From: Macrostomum hystrix
Lineage: Eukaryota; Animalia; Platyhelminthes
Assembly (NCBI GenBank): GCA_950097015.1
Contig: CATNEN010000030.1
Location: 4,402,001 to 4,466,000 of the forward strand
Reading direction: 5' to 3'
DNA: 64,000 bases
A program made the position numbers and the translations under genes. This document shows positions 56,311 to 64,000 of the stretch, one piece after another (position 1 is the first letter of the stretch; each line of letters opens with the position of its first letter). The notes under the pieces are model-generated. The model saw only the letters and a program-made list of their open reading frames with translations. It was not told the DNA's origin and did no database searches.

Positions 56311-58750
56311 TGTGGGGCAGTTGCAGTGTCTGTGGGGCAGTTGCAGTGTGGGTGGGGCAGTTGCAGTGACTGTGGGGCAGTTGCAGTGTTGGTGGGGCAG
56401 TTGCAGTGTTGGTGGGGCAGTTGCAGTGACTGTGGGGCAGTTGCAGTGTCTGTGGGGCAGTTGCAGTGTTGGTGGGGCAGTTGCAGTGACTGTGGGGCAG
56501 TTGCAGTGTTGGTGGGGCAGTTGCAGTGTCTGTGGGGCAGTTGCAGTGCCTGTGGGGCAGTTGCAGTGTTGGTGGGGCAGTTGCAGTGACTGTGGGGCAG
56601 TTGCAGTGTTGGTGGGGCAGTTGCAGTGTCTGTGGGGCAGTTGCAGTGTCTGTGGGGCAGTTGCAGTGTTGGTGGGGCAGTTGCAGTGACTGTGGGGCAG
56701 TTGCAGTGTTGGTGGGGCAGTTGCAGTGTCTGTGGGGCAGTTGCAGTGCCTGTGGGGCAGTTGCAGTGTTGGTGGGGCAGTTGCAGTGACTGTGGGGCAG
56801 TTGCAGTGTTGGTGGGGCAGTTGCAGTGTCTGTGGGGCAGTTGCAGTGTCTGTGGGGCAGTTGCAGTGTTGGTGGGGCAGTTGCAGTGCCTGTGGGGCAG
56901 TTGCAGTGTCTGTGGGGCAGTTGCAGTGACTGTGGGGCAGTTGCAGTGACTGTGGGGCAGTTGCAGTGTTGGTGGGGCAGTTGCAGTGACTGTGGGGCAG
57001 TTGCAGTGTTGGTGGGGCAGTTGCAGTGTTGGTGGGGCAGTTGCAGTGCCTGTGGGGCAGTTGCAGTGTTGGTGGGGCAGTTGCAGTGACTGTGGGGCAG
57101 TTGCAGTGTTGGTGGGGCAGTTGCAGTGTCTGTGGGGCAGTTGCAGTGTCTGTGGGGCAGTTGCAGTGTTGGTGGGGCAGTTGCAGTGCCTGTGGGGCAG
57201 TTGCAGTGTTGGTGGGGCAGTTGCAGTGCCTGTGGGGCAGTTGCAGTGTCTGTGGGGCAGTTGCAGTGTTGGTGGGGCAGTTGCAGTGCCTGTGGGGCAG
57301 TTGCAGTGACTGTGGGGCAGTTGCAGTGACTGTGGGGCAGTTGCAGTGACTGTGGGGCAGTTGCAGTGACTGTGGGGCAGTTGCAGTGTTGGTGGGGCAG
57401 TTGCAGTGTCTGTGGGGCAGTTGCAGTGCCTGTGGGGCAGTTGCAGTGTTGGTGGGGCAGTTGCAGTGACTGTGGGGCAGTTGCAGTGTTGGTGGGGCAG
57501 TTGCAGTGTCTGTGGGGCAGTTGCAGTGTCTGTGGGGCAGTTGCAGTGTTGGTGGGGCAGTTGCAGTGCCTGTGGGGCAGTTGCAGTGTCTGTGGGGCAG
57601 TTGCAGTGACTGTGGGGCAGTTGCAGTGACTGTGGGGCAGTTGCAGTGTTGGTGGGGCAGTTGCAGTGTTGGTGGGGCAGTTGCAGTGTCTGTGGGGCAG
57701 TTGCAGTGTCTGTGGGGCAGTTGCAGTGTTGGTGGGGCAGTTGCAGTGCCTGTGGGGCAGTTGCAGTGTCTGTGGGGCAGTTGCAGTGACTGTGGGGCAG
57801 TTGCAGTGACTGTGGGGCAGTTGCAGTGTTGGTGGGGCAGTTGCAGTGACTGTGGGGCAGTTGCAGTGTTGGTGGGGCAGTTGCAGTGTTGGTGGGGCAG
57901 TTGCAGTGTTGGTGGGGCAGTTGCAGTGACTGTGGGGCAGTTGCAGTGTTGGTGGGGCAGTTGCAGTGTCTGTGGGGCAGTTGCAGTGTCTGTGGGGCAG
58001 TTGCAGTGTTGGTGGGGCAGTTGCAGTGCCTGTGGGGCAGTTGCAGTGTTGGTGGGGCAGTTGCAGTGTCTGTGGGGCAGTTGCAGTGTCTGTGGGGCAG
58101 TTGCAGTGTTGGTGGGGCAGTTGCAGTGCCTGTGGGGCAGTTGCAGTGTCTGTGGGGCAGTTGCAGTGACTGTGGGGCAGTTGCAGTGACTGTGGGGCAG
58201 TTGCAGTGTTGGTGGGGCAGTTGCAGTGTCTGTGGGGCAGTTGCAGTGTCTGTGGGGCAGTTGCAGTGTTGGTGGGGCAGTTGCAGTGCCTGTGGGGCAG
58301 TTGCAGTGTCTGTGGGGCAGTTGCAGTGACTGTGGGGCAGTTGCAGTGACTGTGGGGCAGTTGCAGTGTTGGTGGGGCAGTTGCAGTGTCTGTGGGGCAG
58401 TTGCAGTGCCTGTGGGGCAGTTGCAGTGTTGGTGGGGCAGTTGCAGTGACTGTGGGGCAGTTGCAGTGTTGGTGGGGCAGTTGCAGTGTCTGTGGGGCAG
58501 TTGCAGTGTCTGTGGGGCAGTTGCAGTGTTGGTGGGGCAGTTGCAGTGCCTGTGGGGCAGTTGCAGTGTCTGTGGGGCAGTTGCAGTGACTGTGGGGCAG
58601 TTGCAGTGACTGTGGGGCAGTTGCAGTGTTGGTGGGGCAGTTGCAGTGTTGGTGGGGCAGTTGCAGTGTCTGTGGGGCAGTTGCAGTGTCTGTGGGGCAG
58701 TTGCAGTGTTGGTGGGGCAGTTGCAGTGCCTGTGGGGCAGTTGCAGTGTA
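56311..58750. repeat. 20-bp G-rich minisatellite (TTGCAGTGxy zGTGGGGCAG) x ~122, four variant units
   Basis: Exact 20-bp period. Confidence 0.97.
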
Positions 58751-59392
58751 TGTGGGATCAGTTGTATTTAAATCACAGAATCACATTTTTAAAATGGAGG
58801 TCTAACTTTGCGCTAGCAATAAACTACTCGTAAATTCGCCTAATTGAGAGCAAAGTATGCACAAAAAATTAGTCGAGTAATCACAAGCAGAAGTCCGAGT
58901 TTGTACATTGAAGACGTTAGCTTACGAGTTAGTGAGCCAGCAAAAGAGAGCCCGTATTTTGAGCGAATAACTGAGCGCAGCTGGGTGCTGCACCGTTCCA
59001 GAGCAACAAGTTTCTCAAAGCTTCTCCTGCCTGGCCTGCTCAGCCTCGCCGTATCATAAAGCCCATAATGTGTCACTTTTGCCCTCCCTCTGCCGCCCAG
59101 CCCGACAAGAGCAAAGGCTGGAGTCCCACACGATAGACATGAGAATATATACAGATGAGAGATGTGCTGCATAGGGCCCACACAGCTCAGTGCTCAGTCC
59201 GAGTCTGTCATGGAAAACCCACTTCATTGTGTATGAAGTGAGGGGGCAAGTGCAAGCAGACGAGAGCTCGTTCACATACAAGCGGTGCCCATATATTATG
59301 AGCAGACAGTGCCCGCCCAGACGTCTATTGCCGACCCACCCAGCCAGCAGTGTGTGAGGTGAGCAGTGTATCGTCTGTGAACTTGTTGCTAG

Positions 59393-62217
59393 GGTCTACA
59401 GAGAGCTTGCGAACATCTCAAAGACAGTCAGACCGGCCTAGCTATGCCAGCGGTGACCACTCTGGCATTTTACCGAGAGCCGCAGACCGTTGACAACTTC
59501 CTGCGCGAGCGCCCAAAATCTCTGCTGGCTCTGCGCGCCGCCTGCAGCCAGGAGCTGGACGCGGTCCTGGTCACCTTGCGGGAGATCGAGCTGGACTATT
59601 TACATCCGCACGAGACTCAGGAGGACTTCATCCGGGAGAACCTGTTCACCTTCAAGCGGCTGATGATGGCCGGCGGTATGCGAGAGATTCGTAAAACATT
59701 CGATATCGAGAACCTGATGGAGTCGCTGAACAGTCTGGGCACCGAGTCAGTCAAGTACATGGAGTCAATGCAGAAGGTCAGAGCGATGCAGCAGCACGTT
59801 GGTGAGTTCCTGCCGGAAAGATTTCTACCGTTCAACGATCGGCTCACCAAGGTGCTGCAGTGCTTGAAGAAGTATTGCGTCAGTTTCTACAGGGGCACGT
59901 CACAGAGGTCACCAGACAAGTATCTTGACACGCCGTTTAAGTACGAGCAGAAGCGACTAGAGCTCACAACCAGGCTGCAGGTAAAAAACCTGAGACAGGG
60001 ATGCTCAGATGTAGTTAAAATGCGCTATTTCGTAATTTTTGTTCGGGGTGTTCGAATTTGGTTCTTTGTACCAGAATTGAATATCGGCGACTGCATGCTG
60101 TCGTCGACAACATCCGAAAGATGGTCCACGCTTAGGTAAAAAGTGCGAAATTTCTGTCCTAACCCAACTGAACAATCAGAATGGCTTTGCTTCCATCGAG
60201 GTAAGCATTACAAAGAAATGGGTTGTTACTAGCATTAGCTGAATGAATTCCTTTCCCGACACTCCTGAGCTTCTTTAAAAGCACTCGAATTTCAATTCAG
60301 AAAACAACAAACCGCCCGCCTGCAGAAGATCATCATGGGTCTCACAGAAAAGTTCTTTGTGTTCGGCTCGGTGGGTCTGAGTCTGCAAGGCTTCGCCTAC
60401 AACGTGCAGCAGTTGGCCAGGCGCTGCGGCTGCGGGGAGATCTCCCTGCTCTTGCTGCTGCCCGAGGCCTGCGAGCAGGTGCGCGAGGCCTGCCAACTGC
60501 TGGCGAGCTGGCTGGAGCTGGACAAAGAGTACCTGGAGAATCTGGGCAACGATTTAGTTAGCATCGAGCTGGAGCAGTCGACCACAATGCGCCGCTACCA
60601 GGAGGAGTACACAAAGATGGTGCAGCTCAAGCACCGGCAGGCAGCCATCTTAAAGAGAATGGACGCCTACCAAAAGGAGCTGCCGGAGTTTCGACAGAAG
60701 AAGAAGCAGGTGGGCCGGCGCCACCACCTGGCGCTGGTTGAGATGAAGAAGTGCGAGTACCACCTGCACCGAGCCAAGACGGTCCTGGGCGATATTAAGC
60801 GGCATCCGGACAGCTTCTTCTCCGAGGAGGAGCTGCAGCGAGCCAAGCTGGAGAGCACCCTGGAGTTGAAGAAGCAGAAGACTATCTTTCCTAAGATTAG
60901 CAAGAAGGTGGAGCTCACCGAGTCTATTGTGAAGCACTGTGAACAGAAGGACGCGGAGCATGAGCAGGACAAACGGGCCACCATGGAGCTGCAGTTCCAG
61001 ATTGACAGGTCGGCTCGCATTGTGGCCTCGCTGCAGGAGAAGCTGGACCGCAGCAACAGGTATGAGAAGGTGCTGCGCCACATCTTCACACTGAAGCAGT
61101 CGCCATCGTCCATGAAGAAGATCTTCCACAATCTGCAGATGGACGACCGACTGCAGAACAGCCTAATTAAGGAACGCTCAGCTAGTCCCATCCTAATGAT
61201 GGCACCGGAGATTGAGGAGTACACTCTCGGTAGGAATTCCATTTTTGCTACGTACGTTGGTCGGTACTTTCATTGAAAGCTCCTAAAGAAAAAATCGATT
61301 AATCAAATAAATGCTACCAAAAGCCCTTTCAAGGTGGTTGGTAAGGTTGTCTCAGTCGGCAGGTTGTTCCAGTTGGTATGCTGTCCCAGTGGTAGGTTGT
61401 CCCAGTTAGCAGGTTGTCCCAGGTTGGCAGGTTGTCCCAGTTGGTAGGTTGCCTCAGTAGATTGTCCCAGTTGGTAGGTTGTCTCAGTCGGCATTTTATT
61501 CCAGTCAGTAGGTTGCCTCAGTAAGCAGATTGTCCCAGTTGGTAGGTTCTCCCAGTCAGTAGGTTGTCCCAGTCAGTAGGTTGTCCCAGTCGGCAGGTTG
61601 TCCCAGCCGGTAGGTTCTACCTGAAGAAAATTGAATTGAAATCGAAGTCAAGAGTGAGCTGTGAATCCCTGAACACACAGGCAACCCAATCGAGATGGCC
61701 TGTCGCGTGGCGGCTCGGAACATCGAGCAGGACTGGTTCCGACTGTACTTCCAGCTGCCGTTCTACCCTCCGCGCGGCCAAGTAGACTTAGACGCCGATG
61801 TTGATCGAATCAATAAGCGACTGGTGAGTAAGTGTGACTGTCCGCCTCCACTAAAATCTCACCGTCCCTGTCTTTTCTTCACTACGAGAATTCTCCTCAG
61901 ATCCCACCGTTTGCCCTCTGCCATTGGTTTCCAATCACTTCATCCACTCGCTGCACGTCCAGGTGCGCGGTAATCGGCAGGAGCTGGCCACGGAGATGCT
62001 GGCCACCTGGCGCCGCCTGCACACCCGCGCCAACGTTGAGGCGCTGAACGAAGCGCTGGCGAGCATTGGCAGGCAGGACGTTGTGCAGCGGGTCGAAGCT
62101 TATCTATCCAGGCGGCTGCGGCTGCAGCAGGCCGCCCAGCAGCGGTCAATGCTGTCTATGGGCACAGTCGCGCGCAATGACGCTGTGCGGACCTACACGT
62201 CTTTGCCGGCTCTCTGA
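59393..62217 (+). CDS. Coiled-coil protein with C-terminal death-domain-like fold; exons 59393-59980, 60326-61229, 61681-61823, 61963-62217 (5' end unresolved)
   Basis: Phase-compatible GT-AG junctions; long helical/coiled-coil exon; C-terminus IEQDWFRLYFQL…EMLATWRR…VEALNEALASIGRQDVVQRVE fits the death-domain pattern. Confidence 0.75.
61335..61620. repeat. Degenerate short intronic repeat (GTAGGTTGTCCCAGT-like units)
   Basis: Repeated AGGTTGTCCCAG motif. Confidence 0.7.
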
Positions 62218-63416
62218 AACTGCGTGACCTTAACAACCGCATAGCAACGGAAGTGCTTTATCATGAAGAGGGAATGAATGGCTACAAAAGTTTGGGTCTA
62301 TTGGTAATGAGTCATCCGGTATTAAGCGGGGCAACGTAGAGCAGCTCTGAAAAACCCTTAATAGTAGAAGGTATTAATCAGACTTTATCGAATCAACGTC
62401 CATTTTGCGTACCGTTTATTGAAGAATTTTCTCTTTCTTAGACTTATATTTGACACTACACCCATTTAAATGCCACTTGAATTGTATGCTTAAGCTGTAA
62501 TTTTTTTATGATATAACACTCAACGTGTCACATTACCTATTTGATTGAATCTCGCAAGTCACAACTCTCACCTGTTCTAACTTGTTTGTTACTACACAAA
62601 ATGCGGAGTCACAGAAGTTGCAAGATGCTTATTTTAAGTAAAAATAGAGGCACTTTAAAGCAGTAAATTATTTTTTCCTTACACTAAAGGCTAGTTAAGG
62701 CTATCTTGCGGTTCTAGTTGTGTCTCCTGCTGCGATTCTATCTCCGCCTTGGGCTCTAGCCACTGTGGATTCTGGAGAGAAAAAATCACTTTGCTAGCGC
62801 AAAATATGAATTAAATGCTGTGACAAGACCACAGAGAAGATAAGCTGAAAAGACAAGTCTGATTTCGGCTTTGATGATTAAAGTTGATACTTTTTCATGT
62901 CAGCGCCGCTAAAACGGAGACCAGATTTCCTGCTCAGGCTGGAGAAACACAGTCTATAAGATAAAACAGCTGCTGGAGCATCTGAAAGGCAACTCACGTG
63001 CTGACAGGTAGCCGAGGATGTCTTGAGGAATTAATTCACTGTAAGCAGAACTCAAGCATGCAGATGACAGGATCCCCGCCGAGTAACTAGCGAGATTCAA
63101 TTAACTAGTCTTGTGCGTAGCGAATTGCTGCCTCTCGTGGAAACGTCTATTTTTAGGAGCAGATCAGCAAAAAATCAAGCGGTGACTTTTTAGAAACAGA
63201 ATGAACGTACCCTAAGTTAAATATTTAATTTATAATATTTAAGTTAGCCATCTCTTTAGCCATGCTTGGTTATCAGATCTTTAAACAGGCCATTAGATTA
63301 CAGCTGGTTGAGATTAATAGCTGGTCTCAGCATTCGATAATTTTGTGATTTTCCAAAAGGTTTCCGTCACTAATGCGCCTGACTGCTTTTCTCCGGTCAC
63401 GAAGCTAGTCCAGGGC

Positions 63417-63998
63417 CTACAGGTCAGCAGCGGCCCACGGCCTTTCAGCCAAGTGAATCATCTGAAGGGTCTCGCCACCACGGACTGCAGCTTGACAGCC
63501 GGTGTCGGGCCGGTTGGACTCGTCCGGAACGGGCAGTCGGTGGGTCTCCTGCGGGCCCCCGCCGCACAGCACATTCATTATGGCCCGCCGAAACGAAGCG
63601 GACACGGCGCAGTAGAGAATGAAGTTCACGGAGCAGCCCAGTACCTGGCTGAGATTCACACAGTCCAGCAGTTTGTTAACAGAATAGTACCTGCCGATGG
63701 CCGCGATCTCGTGCCTTCTGAGCTCGTCCACCAGGTGGTGCACAACAAAGTGCCGACAGAAGAAGTTAACCAGTTCGGCTGGCGCAATAGTGACGAAGAA
63801 TGTCGCCGTGGTGGCCACTAGCAGAGGCGTCAGGTTGTCTCGGCCAACCGCGGCTGCAGCGTTGGCAGCCGAAGCGGCGATGCTTCGCCTGCGCTGGATG
63901 CTCCGTCTGTACTCGACAATTAGGCGCCAGTTGCAAAGAATCATCACGGCCAGCGGGATGAAGTTGACAAGGGCGCAAGAGGTCCACATGTAGGCGGC
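63417..63998 (-). CDS. Rhodopsin-family peptide GPCR (FMRFamide/sex-peptide-receptor-like), TM5-TM7 and C-tail; truncated by the window end
   Basis: NFIPLAVMILCNWRLI (TM5), LLVATTATFFVTIAPAE (TM6), SVNFILYC..SASFR (TM7/helix 8). Confidence 0.88.
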   Translation of the reverse strand, partial: AAYMWTSCALVNFIPLAVMILCNWRLIVEYRRSIQRRRSIAASAANAAAAVGRDNLTPLLVATTATFFVTIAPAELVNFFCRHFVVHHLVDELRRHEIAAIGRYYSVNKLLDCVNLSQVLGCSVNFILYCAVSASFRRAIMNVLCGGGPQETHRLPVPDESNRPDTGCQAAVRGGETLQMIHLAERPWAAADL

Positions 63999-64000
63999 GC

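Noticed and set aside
56278-58833. Many VGQLQC-repeat ORFs suggesting a Cys-rich protein
   Set aside because: A 20-bp period is not a codon multiple; the ORFs hop frames and are interrupted by TGA-containing units

Overview
Eukaryotic (metazoan) genomic DNA with spliceosomal GT-AG introns, AT-rich intergenic DNA and many minisatellites. The gene set (metazoan USP, FMRFamide-type GPCR, IMP, MCTP) and style suggest a lophotrochozoan, possibly a free-living flatworm such as Macrostomum; this is inference only. The dominant structure is a 21.5-kb foldback DNA element (12662-34124). It has ~4.7/3.9-kb near-identical inverted arms built from three minisatellite blocks, a 375-bp loop, no transposase, and a perfect 9-bp TSD (ATTGAGGAT). 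A 12.5-kb head-to-tail pair of degenerate APE-RT-RNaseH LINEs sits in the inner end of its right arm under one 12-bp TSD. A young Ty3/Gypsy LTR element (5-bp TSD) sits in the first LINE. Host genes: three tandem penta-EF-hand paralogues, a PMS1-like MutL gene, a USP gene, an apparently KH3-4-less IMP/IGF2BP gene, an uncharacterised secreted protein, a hidden two-exon 83-aa candidate neuropeptide precursor, MCTP, a coiled-coil/death-domain gene and the 3' part of a peptide GPCR. All alignments, translations and counts were done by eye; no database searches were run.
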